A program made the position numbers and the translations under genes. From positions 1 through 39,386 of IMG/VR virus record IMGVR_UViG_3300012948_000007: a DNA stretch of 39,386 nt; one strand, given 5' to 3'. Below, piece by piece: positions 25,845 to 34,888 of the stretch. Numbering within the stretch: position 1 is the first letter of the stretch; the number at the start of each line of letters is the position of its first letter. The notes under the pieces are model-generated. The model was not told where the DNA came from and ran no database searches. It saw only the letters and a program-made list of their open reading frames with translations. Source of the stretch: a virus (lineage: Duplodnaviria > Caudoviricetes).

Positions 25845-27839
25845 ATGCGAATCAGCGAATACGACACTCTCGTCGCCCCGAGCAACTCGGATTTTTTGCC
25901 GATTGTTCACGATGGAGTAACCAAAAAAATCCCGCTTGGCACTGTGCGCACCGGCACGGCGCCCGGGGTCGCCGCGGCGTTTGGCGCAATCAACGCGGCT
26001 GACTATGGCAGTGATGGCACCGCCATCGCGAACGCGTTACAAGCGGCGGGTGCGACTGGCGCGCGGCGACTTTATATTCCCTCTGGCACCTGGCAATTCA
26101 GCCAAAGTCAGATCAATGCGGCGGGAAAGCTGCTCGACTTAACCAACTTCGATTATCTGGAAGTTTTCGGCGATGGGATCGGCAAAACGATTTTGACACT
26201 GCCGGACCCGTTCACAGTTAACAGCGCGGGGACTAGTTTCTTTTTTCTTCCTGGTTATCATCAACGCATCCACGATCTCAGTTTTCGCGGCGCTAACAGT
26301 GTGATCGGCAGCACTTCAAATCTGACCGGTATAGCGGTCTGGGGCCGTCACTGTCGGGTGCATGACTGCGAGTTTTATCGTTTCAATTCCAACACTCAAG
26401 CGGGTGCGGCTTGTGTGAGTACTTACGGCAACTATGCGCCGGCAACTGTGAACACGACACTGGGCACCACGATCGCCGCGGGATCGCAAACAGTCACGCC
26501 GGCGTCAATGATCGGAATTTATAAGGGACTGGTGTTAAGCATCGGCGGCACTAGCGAAAACGTGACCGTTACCGCAGTCACCGCGACGACATTTACGGCG
26601 ACTTTTGCGAATGCGCACAGCGCCAGTGATAGCGTCACGGCCCAAAGCCACTGGTTCAACTACGGCACTTTTGAACGACTTTATGTGCATGACTGTTTCA
26701 CTTGCACGGCATTCGTGAATAACGGTCTGGGCAATACCTGGCGCAACAGTCGCGTGCTGCGCTGCGGCAACACAGCGGGCTATCAGCACGGCATTTATAA
26801 CCAGGGCGGTCACTCACTTTTTCACGATATTTATTTTGAAGGGATCGGCGGTTATTCGATTCACCAGTACCCGAATTTTGGTGGCGTGGAAGATTCGTCG
26901 GGCAATGTCTACGATCGGATTGTGTCGATCAATCCAGGGACCATGCACGCGATTATTACGCAGGAAGGTCGCCAGGATATCGACGGCGATGTTTCCAACG
27001 GCAGTGATTCAATCTTGCCGGCAGGCCTCGGGCTCAGTCGTTATACCAGGATCACGAATTGTCTTTTCAAAAACACCTTCAACGAACCTTACTGGTCCAG
27101 CCTCGATCTACCTGGGCCAGTCTATTTTGATGGGAACGTACTGGAAGATGTCGCGCGGATCGATAGTCGCTCGGCTTATTCGCAATTCACGCCAAACAAT
27201 ATTTCGCGCCGCATTTTTGCTACCGGTCCGATCGCTGTTATTCCGGTCACCACAGCGAACGGCGCGAAGATGTGCAATGCGCCGGCCGATAAAACTTTTT
27301 TCACTGGTCAGGACGCTTTTGCCGAAGCCCCGAGCGGGGCGAATTCAGTTGGTGGCGATCTCGAGCTGGCCCCTGGCTGGGGCGTGAAAAAGTTCACCGT
27401 GCTGAGTAACACGGCTGGTGCGGTGACGCTGACTGTTGATGTGGTGCCGACGAATTTCAGTTTTCCAGCCGTGATGGTCTCGGGAACTGATTTCAACCTC
27501 GGCACTGATAACACCGCGGGGCAATTACATCAGACGGCACTGAATATCGCGCAGGCGCTTTATAACAAAAACGTCTATCAGTACGCGATGATTACGGTCA
27601 ACGGTCCGAATGTTTTTCTACGTCGCAATCCCCAGGGCTTTGTCGCTGATCTAACAATCGTCAGCAATCAACCCACGCGAATTTCGACGACGAGCGACGC
27701 GAACGGCAAGTTATATGTGCGCGCTGATCTGGAATCGCCGCGCGCTGGTTACGGCATCATTTTGAAATCGCCCGATGGTACGAAGCGCGCGCGCCTCACG
27801 ATTGATAACACGGGCGCGCTGATCACCACGATTATTTAA
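25845..27839 (+). CDS. Tail spike/fibre with right-handed beta-helix (depolymerase-like)
   Basis: MRISE N-terminal attachment motif; AADYG...TAIANAL...LYIPSGTW pectate lyase-3-like start; Asn/Cys ladders; LKSPDG C-terminus. Confidence 0.8.
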   Translation: MRISEYDTLVAPSNSDFLPIVHDGVTKKIPLGTVRTGTAPGVAAAFGAINAADYGSDGTAIANALQAAGATGARRLYIPSGTWQFSQSQINAAGKLLDLTNFDYLEVFGDGIGKTILTLPDPFTVNSAGTSFFFLPGYHQRIHDLSFRGANSVIGSTSNLTGIAVWGRHCRVHDCEFYRFNSNTQAGAACVSTYGNYAPATVNTTLGTTIAAGSQTVTPASMIGIYKGLVLSIGGTSENVTVTAVTATTFTATFANAHSASDSVTAQSHWFNYGTFERLYVHDCFTCTAFVNNGLGNTWRNSRVLRCGNTAGYQHGIYNQGGHSLFHDIYFEGIGGYSIHQYPNFGGVEDSSGNVYDRIVSINPGTMHAIITQEGRQDIDGDVSNGSDSILPAGLGLSRYTRITNCLFKNTFNEPYWSSLDLPGPVYFDGNVLEDVARIDSRSAYSQFTPNNISRRIFATGPIAVIPVTTANGAKMCNAPADKTFFTGQDAFAEAPSGANSVGGDLELAPGWGVKKFTVLSNTAGAVTLTVDVVPTNFSFPAVMVSGTDFNLGTDNTAGQLHQTALNIAQALYNKNVYQYAMITVNGPNVFLRRNPQGFVADLTIVSNQPTRISTTSDANGKLYVRADLESPRAGYGIILKSPDGTKRARLTIDNTGALITTII

Positions 27840-27844
27840 GCCCA

Positions 27845-30800
27845 ATGTCGATCCCAGATTCAGAAAAATTAGGCGTGCTGCGTGGCTTGTCTTTTATTGA
27901 GGTTGCGGAAGTGGTGAAAATTTCCTGGCCGACGCCTGACGGGGATCTCTATTACACCTCGACTCGTGATCCGAATATTTTTCGCAATCTGCCCAGCGAG
28001 GTCAGCCCGCTCGAGCTGCGCCTCCCTGGTCGCACTTTCCAGGACATTCTTAACGACACCACGATCGCCGATGATCGGGTCCCGCTGCGCTTATGGGATG
28101 GCGACGGAGCGATCACGGACCTGGCGCAAAAATACGGGGCCGGTCAGCGCGTGGAAATCTTCTACTGGTTTCCTCAGGTCGAGCTTTGGTTCTCGCAATG
28201 GTTCGGCCACTTGCAACCAGTCGAGCAAGGCTCGAGCGACTGGTATGAGTGCAGCGCGGAAGTTGGCTTTATGTCGTCGATGCTACCGTTGCCGCGGCGC
28301 GCATTTTTTACGAGCTGTCAGGCGATGTTTGGTGGCTGGCTGGCGACCCAGGAAGAAATCGACGAAAACGACTGCCCCTACAATCGACATTTGACCGGTG
28401 TTACGCTCGGCAGTTTCAGCCCCGCCGACGCGCAGAATGTGGACACCTCGAGCGGCGTGATCAAAAACGCCGGCGGTACGGCCTGGAATGCCGGCGCCCG
28501 GCATTCGGTGGCGATCAACGAAGGTGACGACGCAGTGATCGAAGTTACTCGCGGCGGTGCTTACGCGATCGTCGGCTTCAGCACAAATCCGATCTTACGC
28601 AGCTATGCTGATTTCTTGATCGGGCTGCAGTGGAATCCGCAAGCAGCCGCCCCACAATACGCGCAGGATAGTTTGACCTTGCAATCGAATTATGGCGCCG
28701 CGCAAATCTGGCCGGCAGGCTTGTCGAATAGCGGCGACACTTTGCGCGTGGAGCTGCGCGCTGGTCGCTTTCGCGTCTATGGTCCCCAAGGCGAAATCGC
28801 GCCCGGAAATTTTCAACCGCCGGCGCCGAATTTTCCGCTCTATATGGGTGTGGCAATTCAAACAGTGGGCGCCGGCGTGACTTTGGTAAAAGCGCAGATC
28901 GGGAATATCGGCGCCGCCGGCAGCACGGGCAACCTTGATCCGGCGACCTCGGCACCTTTCAGCGACTGCCCACGGAACCGCGCGGCGTGCACCGCACGGC
29001 TCGGTGACGATCTGAGTTATCTCGGCTTTGATACCGTGATTCAGAGTTACATCGTGAACCAAACCAAGGGACCAAACTTGACGGTCACCACGCGTGGCAA
29101 CGAATCAAACCTCAAGCGACCGCTGCGCGTGATCGCCGGCGAGCGCGACGTCCAGGACCTCGACTTACTCGCGTATAGCGTCGAACCAGACACCAAGCAC
29201 CCCGAAGGTGGTGCGGTCACCGTTCTCTATGCCGAATGCGAGGGACCTATTCAGGAAGCCACCAAACAATCAGTCAATGGAGTCCAGATCGGCGCCATGC
29301 ACTTGAATCAACGCAACGGAGATCCGCGGCAATCGCGAACTGGCTTTTCGCCAAGCGTGGCGAATTACTCGAGCACCGCGCTTTTTTTTGGACGCGCTCA
29401 AGGCGACTTCACCAAGATCACGCCCGATCAACTCCGCGGCTCGGCTCACATTAAAGGCTTGCGAAACGTGCGGCGTTATTCCAGCGAGACCAGTTTCGCC
29501 GAGGAGTATTCGACTAATCGCGCGTGGTGGCTTTTGCATTGTCTGCGCAACAAGCGCTGGGGTTATGGGCTCGACTCGAGTCGCTTTGTGATTCGCGATT
29601 TTATGGACCTGGCGAACTGGACCCAGGAGATCGTTTCTTTCACTGATGTTGACGGCACGCATTACACCGATCAGCGAACTACTTTTAACGCCGAGCTAAT
29701 CGATCGTTCGGTACAGCAACAAATCAATGATATTTGTCTCGCCGGTCGTTTCGGTTTGCCTTATGTCTCGGGCGGCAAGCTGCGCATTAAACCGCTGGCC
29801 GCGGCGCCCGAATTTCTCAAGCCCGATCAATTCACGCAAAAAAGTTTCCTGGGGGCTTTGAAGCGCGCGCCCACGGCGGGCGAGTTAAGCACCTGGACCA
29901 ACGCACTCAATACTCCGATCAACGCTGGCGACGATGCCGCGCTGCGCACCGAAGCCGCGGCGCGGGTCAAGAGTCTGTTTGAATCAAGCGAATACACTTC
30001 CCTGGCCACGAGCGATTCAGTTTTTTTAGATGACATTTACGCCGGTTATCTGGTCCGCTTACCCGATCTCGACGGGAAGAATTTTTGGCAGCATCAACTA
30101 AATACCGGCATGACGAGACCCACGCTCGAGGATGCTTTCGGGTCCTCGCTGGAATTCCAGCGGCGCGTCGATGGAATGCTCGGGCTCGGAATTCCGGTTT
30201 TCACCGATAGAGGTTCAGTGCGAAATATTTGTTTTGAGTCAGATCGATCAACGCTGGTGCGCCAGGTGGTCACCGATGCCGACTTGCCGAATCGCGTGAT
30301 TGTCACTTTCGACGATAGCGCGCACGCCAACGCCGAGCGGCCCTTGAGCTTTGAAGATAAATTACAGCAGCTCGCAGCTGGTCGCGCGTTTGGTGACACA
30401 AGCCGGCGCGTGGTTGAGAAACAATATGCCGCGCTCGGGGTAACTAACCTCGGCGAGGCGGTGCGACTTGGCAACCTATTGCTGGACCTGGGCCCGTTCG
30501 ATGATGGCGGGGTCAAAAACAATTTACGCTTTCAATTCGTGACCTGGTTTAGTGAAACGATTGATCTGGTCAAGTACAGCTTAATCAAAATCGAAAACGA
30601 CAAGCTCGATCGGCTGAATGATATTCGCCAGTCCCAAGGCCTCGAGCGGTTCGACTATTTTCGGATTCGCTCAATTCGCCGGCAGCCTGATCTAAAAGTC
30701 GAAATCTCGGCCCAGGCTTACCCGCGCGCGTACTATGATCTGCTCGAATCCTGGAGCCAACCGCCGCCGCTAATCGGCACCCCGGGGATCGAGAATCCTG

Positions 30801-30895
30801 GCGGTAATTCACTGACCCGCCCCGTGGCTATTCCGATCCAAACGGCGACCGCCGAAAGTGATCGAATCATTTTCAAACTCGCCGACGCATTTTGA
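27845..30895 (+). CDS. Tail tip protein (gpL-like 4-Cys plus gpJ-like) with lectin-like and DUF4214-like insertions
   Basis: SC...DCPY...DCPRNRAAC; STNRAWWLL...WGYGL; PNRVIVTFDD; two inserted domains. Confidence 0.8.
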   Translation: MSIPDSEKLGVLRGLSFIEVAEVVKISWPTPDGDLYYTSTRDPNIFRNLPSEVSPLELRLPGRTFQDILNDTTIADDRVPLRLWDGDGAITDLAQKYGAGQRVEIFYWFPQVELWFSQWFGHLQPVEQGSSDWYECSAEVGFMSSMLPLPRRAFFTSCQAMFGGWLATQEEIDENDCPYNRHLTGVTLGSFSPADAQNVDTSSGVIKNAGGTAWNAGARHSVAINEGDDAVIEVTRGGAYAIVGFSTNPILRSYADFLIGLQWNPQAAAPQYAQDSLTLQSNYGAAQIWPAGLSNSGDTLRVELRAGRFRVYGPQGEIAPGNFQPPAPNFPLYMGVAIQTVGAGVTLVKAQIGNIGAAGSTGNLDPATSAPFSDCPRNRAACTARLGDDLSYLGFDTVIQSYIVNQTKGPNLTVTTRGNESNLKRPLRVIAGERDVQDLDLLAYSVEPDTKHPEGGAVTVLYAECEGPIQEATKQSVNGVQIGAMHLNQRNGDPRQSRTGFSPSVANYSSTALFFGRAQGDFTKITPDQLRGSAHIKGLRNVRRYSSETSFAEEYSTNRAWWLLHCLRNKRWGYGLDSSRFVIRDFMDLANWTQEIVSFTDVDGTHYTDQRTTFNAELIDRSVQQQINDICLAGRFGLPYVSGGKLRIKPLAAAPEFLKPDQFTQKSFLGALKRAPTAGELSTWTNALNTPINAGDDAALRTEAAARVKSLFESSEYTSLATSDSVFLDDIYAGYLVRLPDLDGKNFWQHQLNTGMTRPTLEDAFGSSLEFQRRVDGMLGLGIPVFTDRGSVRNICFESDRSTLVRQVVTDADLPNRVIVTFDDSAHANAERPLSFEDKLQQLAAGRAFGDTSRRVVEKQYAALGVTNLGEAVRLGNLLLDLGPFDDGGVKNNLRFQFVTWFSETIDLVKYSLIKIENDKLDRLNDIRQSQGLERFDYFRIRSIRRQPDLKVEISAQAYPRAYYDLLESWSQPPPLIGTPGIENPGGNSLTRPVAIPIQTATAESDRIIFKLADAF

Positions 30896-30905
30896 GGCTT
30901 TGTTT

Positions 30906-31151
30906 ATGCCGAGCAACTATGCAGCTTTTGATGTGCTCTTCGAGAATGAGGACGGCACGCGCACGCCGGCGGCCTCCGAAACTGTGCACGTTTACAACGT
31001 GACCGCGGCCACGGCCCTAGCTGATTTAACCGCCGATGCTAACGGTCATATTCCCGCCGGCACCATTAGCGGCGCCGCCGGCAGCGTGCTGCGCTTCTGG
31101 TCGAATCATGGTGACGGTCGCGTTGGATACGCCGAGACGATCACGACCTAA
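30906..31151 (+). CDS. Small tail-associated beta protein
   Basis: ATG at 30906; V.VY...LTADANG Ig-like pattern. Confidence 0.6.
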   Translation: MPSNYAAFDVLFENEDGTRTPAASETVHVYNVTAATALADLTADANGHIPAGTISGAAGSVLRFWSNHGDGRVGYAETITT

Positions 31152-31156
31152 AGTAA

Positions 31157-32224
31157 GTGGACCTAGTGATCAAAAGTTCGGGTGGTCGCAATTTAGTCCT
31201 GCGTCCTGGCGGGCGGGCGGCGTATTACATTGGCAGTTCATTACAGCCAGCCATTGTCGAAGTGTACTGGCGTTACTCGAACGAAGCACCGCAAGCGGCG
31301 CGACTGATCGGCCGTTATATTCCAGGCCAGCAAGCGACCCTGGCTTTTAATCCGCACGTCGACTCGAATGTCATTCTCTCGACCATTGCGACCTCAGCGG
31401 CTGGCGTGCGTTCAGTGCGCGATCTGCGCGACGCGAGCGAGTTTGAAGTCTTATTTCAGCGCGAGACTAGCGCACCCACGGTGACGCAAATAGGTGCGTC
31501 GACGAATACTGTCATTCAGCTGGAAATTGGCAACTATTCAGCATTCGCGATTCGCCGGCGCGTGCACACGGCTGATGATTCAGCCATGACGGTAAATTTT
31601 GCCGAATCAATAATCGACGCCGCGGCCGCTGGTCAGATTCTTTCGCGCGTGGTTAATCTCACGCGACCCTCAGCCGGCAGTAGTACCCGCGACATCTGGG
31701 TCAGAATTTCGCACTCCAGCGGTGGCGACTATGGCGCCGAATCGAGCGCGCAGAAATTCACCTGGGCCAATGCTGGTAATACTGGCGGCAGTAGTGGCGC
31801 CGGCAGTGCATACGGCAGTGATTTCGTGGCTTGTTTCAGTGGCAACGTGCGCATTAAAGTTGCCGGCGGTGAATTCGTTTCCTTTGAGCAGTTAAGACAA
31901 CACTTTGGCGCGCGTGCCTTCGATTACGGTTCGCAACCTTTTGAAATTGAAAACGAAGCTGGCCGGCAAGTCGTGAGTTTAATCGTGCATCCTGGTCGCG
32001 CACGGGTCTTGATCGACATGGGCCACGGCGAGTTAGTCACGCCCGAGCACATGCTCAAAGCTGGCGACCACTGGGCGCCGGCGCTCGAGTGTTTTCCTGA
32101 CCACGAGCGCGTCGAATATTCCGGCGACCTTTTCAACTTGCATGTATTCACGACCGAGCCGACCGCGCGTCATTACTTACTCGAGAATGGAGTCATTGCT
32201 CACAACATAAAAAGTGGAGGTTGA
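31157..32224 (+). CDS. Tail-associated protein with C-terminal Hint (BIL-type) domain
   Basis: G/S linker, then CFSGN (Cys226), TPEH, FNL, and terminal HN (349-350) followed by IKSGG. Confidence 0.85.
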   Translation: MDLVIKSSGGRNLVLRPGGRAAYYIGSSLQPAIVEVYWRYSNEAPQAARLIGRYIPGQQATLAFNPHVDSNVILSTIATSAAGVRSVRDLRDASEFEVLFQRETSAPTVTQIGASTNTVIQLEIGNYSAFAIRRRVHTADDSAMTVNFAESIIDAAAAGQILSRVVNLTRPSAGSSTRDIWVRISHSSGGDYGAESSAQKFTWANAGNTGGSSGAGSAYGSDFVACFSGNVRIKVAGGEFVSFEQLRQHFGARAFDYGSQPFEIENEAGRQVVSLIVHPGRARVLIDMGHGELVTPEHMLKAGDHWAPALECFPDHERVEYSGDLFNLHVFTTEPTARHYLLENGVIAHNIKSGG

Positions 32225-32229
32225 TCTAA

Positions 32230-32421
32230 ATGTTTGGATCTTTCACCTGGCAGTGTGCGTGGTGCGCGTGTTGGAATCGCCAGGACGAATCACTTTGCCG
32301 GCAATGCAAAGCGATTCGCGGCACGCACCCGCTGGGGCGATCACTAATGGAGTTTAATCCGATGCCGCCGGCGCAAACATTTGACGATCTCCCAAAGATC
32401 GTCGCGGGTCGATGGTGGTAG
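32230..32421 (+). CDS. Small RanBP2-type zinc-finger protein
   Basis: W-x-C-x2-C-x3-N-x6-C-x2-C; GGAGG RBS. Confidence 0.6.
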   Translation: MFGSFTWQCAWCACWNRQDESLCRQCKAIRGTHPLGRSLMEFNPMPPAQTFDDLPKIVAGRWW

Positions 32422-32712
32422 CTCACGAAATAATTTTATGAGGGCGCGTTCCTTAACGCTCGGGGTCTCAATCGACTCGCCCCGCGCGATTGCGGAAATT
32501 TCCTCATCGAGTACATCGAGACCGGCGGCCAGGGCCGTCAGGATTTTGTTGCTTGGGTGACGCGCTTCGCCGCTTTCAATTTTCGCCAGATAAGTAACGC
32601 TAATCCGCTCGCCTTTTTGTTGGGCTTGGCGCGAAACATCGAGGCGTGAAAGACCTTTGTTGTGACGCACCCGGCGAGAAAACTCGCCCAAACTCTCGCG
32701 ATGGCGGCCCAT
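32344..32712 (-). CDS. XRE-family HTH repressor
   Basis: LGE..RR.R..KGLS..DV...ISVTYLAKIESG...PS...L.ALA.GLDV. Confidence 0.88.
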   Translation of the reverse strand: MGRHRESLGEFSRRVRHNKGLSRLDVSRQAQQKGERISVTYLAKIESGEARHPSNKILTALAAGLDVLDEEISAIARGESIETPSVKERALIKLFRELPPSTRDDLWEIVKCLRRRHRIKLH

Positions 32713-32827
32713 GAATTGAGAACCCCTGATAAGCAATGGAAAATTCTAATGCTAAGTCGTGATAATCGGGGAGCAAAAAATGGACTCTTTGAGGGTCTAT
32801 TTGTGTTGAAAATGCAATCTGAGAAGG

Positions 32828-32857
32828 TTGACGAATCGCTGAGAAGGCGCGTATAAA
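32828..32857 (+). promoter_or_regulatory. Sigma70-like promoter for xis
   Basis: TTGACG-18 bp-TATAAA, with CTGAGAAGG repeats at 32819 and 32839. Confidence 0.55.
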
Positions 32858-33040
32858 CGCTAAACCTGTGCACGAATAATCAGGGAAGTCGAAACTTTCG
32901 TCGCCCAGTTTTTCCCTTCCTAAATGTTTTTTTCCTGGTCGCTTTTTTCCCTCGTAAGCGTTCCCGCAAAAAAATTACAATTCCTTTTTTCGCGCACCGG
33001 CTTTTGAAAGTCTCTGGCGACGCTTTTTTCGTTTGGGACA

Positions 33041-33334
33041 ATGACTGACAAAACCAAAAGAGCAGGAGAACTGACGGTCGTGACTGCAGAACATGAACTC
33101 ACTACGCGTGTGATGCCGGCGGCGAAGCCGAAGCGTTATTACACCGACGACGAATTGTGCGAAATGTTTGGCGTCTCGAAAAGTACCACCCGACGCTGGC
33201 GCGATGATGGTCTCATCAAATTTATTCGCACCCCAGGAAGCACGATTATCCGCTACACGGCGCAAGCGCTCGCCGACTTTGAAAGTCTGAACGAGCACAA
33301 AAAAGGGGAACGCAAAAAACGCCGGCGAGCTTAG
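33041..33334 (+). CDS. xis: Excisionase (HTH_17/MerR-like)
   Basis: YYTDDELCEMFGVSKSTTRRWRDDG..F.R....IRY; adjacent to integrase. Confidence 0.85.
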   Translation: MTDKTKRAGELTVVTAEHELTTRVMPAAKPKRYYTDDELCEMFGVSKSTTRRWRDDGLIKFIRTPGSTIIRYTAQALADFESLNEHKKGERKKRRRA

Positions 33335-33361
33335 AAGTCGCCGGCGCGTTTCGGTTTTTTT
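33315..33361. terminator. Possible bidirectional terminator between xis and int
   Basis: CGCCGGCGA/TCGCCGGCG stem flanked by A and T runs; convergent genes. Confidence 0.55.
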
Positions 33362-33375
33362 CCGGGGCAGGAATC

Positions 33376-34662
33376 TTAAGCCGCTTTGCTTTTTCGGTTT
33401 TTGGCCTTCTCGCTGAAGGAAACGATCTTGGCTTCGCGATGGTTCGCGAGAATGCTCGCCGCCAGTTCGCGGTGACGATCGTCAGGATTGTTATAGCGCC
33501 AAGTCGTGGTCGGCTGAGTATGACCGAGCAACTTCCCGGCAATCGGCAAAGGTAAACCGCCCTCGAGCAATCGGGTCATGGCAGTGTGTCGGGCGTCATG
33601 CTGGCGAAAATTTCTCAGATCTACATTCTCACCCAGGGCCGAGGCGACCCGCTTCGCGGTCCTAAACGAGCGCTTCGGGGCGCCGGCGAATCGCTTCTTG
33701 TCTTTGCCCCAAGTGAAAACATAATCGTCAGGATTTTTGTCGGTGCAGGCCTCGACCATCGCGTCGCGCTGGCGGGGCGTCATGGACCAGTCACGCTCGA
33801 GGCGTCGCTTGCCTTTGTAGGAATAAATCCGAAACGAGTTGGTTTCGAAGTCGACGTCGGCGACTTTCATGCGGCGCAGCTCGACCGAGCGGCAACCCGA
33901 ATCGAACATCACGATCAAATAATTTCGCAAGTGCGGCGCGCAATGCTCGATCAAAGCGCTCTCTTCGACCTGCGTCGCGATCATTTCGCGCTTTGCTTCT
34001 TCGGCGGGGTTAATCAAGCCTTTGTGCCAGGGGTTACGCGTGATCCAGTGATGCTCGACCGCGATGCCCAGCAAGCGACGCATCCGCGAAAGTTCTTTGT
34101 GCACGCTGGAAATCGAGCGCGGCGTTTCGCGCGTGGTCCAAACGATGCGATCACGCCGATCGCGAACCAAGCGGCCGTCCCGGTCGCGCTTTTTCAATTT
34201 CAGGACGACCGGCTGCGCGAGCCGGCGCGACTTGAACACGGCCAGGTCATCGCGGGTAAGCGAGCTGACCAGTTTATCGGCGCCGAAATAATTGACGAGC
34301 GCGTCCACTTCGTAATGAGCGGCCTTCGACATGACGCCGCCGCGCTTAATGCCGTTGGGGTCGAACCAGGCCTCTTGCAAGTGGTTTTCTTTGTGATAGT
34401 CGCCGAGTTGTTTGATGGTCAAGTGCTTCGCGTTAACCTCGAGGCGTTGCGCTGGCGTGGCGGCCGCCGCCTCTTCAGCTTCGCGCAGGACCTCGGCGGC
34501 CATATCGTCGATGTGCTGATAGAACTCGCTTTTGTTTTTCGTCTGCAGTCGGCGCAATCGCCGCCCGCGTTTTCCGGTGGTGGGGTCGATCCAGGTATAA
34601 ACCGCGTATTGATAACCCGTCTGCTTATTCGTGCAGATCGATCCCAGTTTTCGCTTTGCCAT
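33376..34662 (-). CDS. int: Tyrosine integrase
   Basis: SGCRSVE (R), HDARH (HxxR), LGH and TTWRY (Y). Confidence 0.95.
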   Translation of the reverse strand: MAKRKLGSICTNKQTGYQYAVYTWIDPTTGKRGRRLRRLQTKNKSEFYQHIDDMAAEVLREAEEAAAATPAQRLEVNAKHLTIKQLGDYHKENHLQEAWFDPNGIKRGGVMSKAAHYEVDALVNYFGADKLVSSLTRDDLAVFKSRRLAQPVVLKLKKRDRDGRLVRDRRDRIVWTTRETPRSISSVHKELSRMRRLLGIAVEHHWITRNPWHKGLINPAEEAKREMIATQVEESALIEHCAPHLRNYLIVMFDSGCRSVELRRMKVADVDFETNSFRIYSYKGKRRLERDWSMTPRQRDAMVEACTDKNPDDYVFTWGKDKKRFAGAPKRSFRTAKRVASALGENVDLRNFRQHDARHTAMTRLLEGGLPLPIAGKLLGHTQPTTTWRYNNPDDRHRELAASILANHREAKIVSFSEKAKNRKSKAA

Positions 34663-34691
34663 GTTGTCGTTTCTCCATTTCTTGGGGCTGG

Positions 34692-34868
34692 TCAGAATTT
34701 TTTCAGACGCGGTCGCACGATTTCGAGCACTGCGTCGTCGATGTTTTGGGTCCTGGCGATCTGCCAGAGCGTTTGTTGGCGATTAGAAAAGCGCGTGTGC
34801 GAAATCACGTCGGCATACCATAAAGCGACGTTGCGCTGGATTAAATTCGCGATTCGTTTAGCGGTCAT
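34692..34868 (-). CDS. Small hypothetical protein (58 aa) upstream of int
   Basis: GGAGG RBS before ATG 34868. Confidence 0.6.
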   Translation of the reverse strand: MTAKRIANLIQRNVALWYADVISHTRFSNRQQTLWQIARTQNIDDAVLEIVRPRLKKF

Positions 34869-34888
34869 AATTCTAAAGATCCTCCGGT

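Noticed and set aside
31832-32206. Canonical mobile intein
   Set aside because: No C/S/T at +1, no homing endonuclease, and only a 5-aa C-terminal flank
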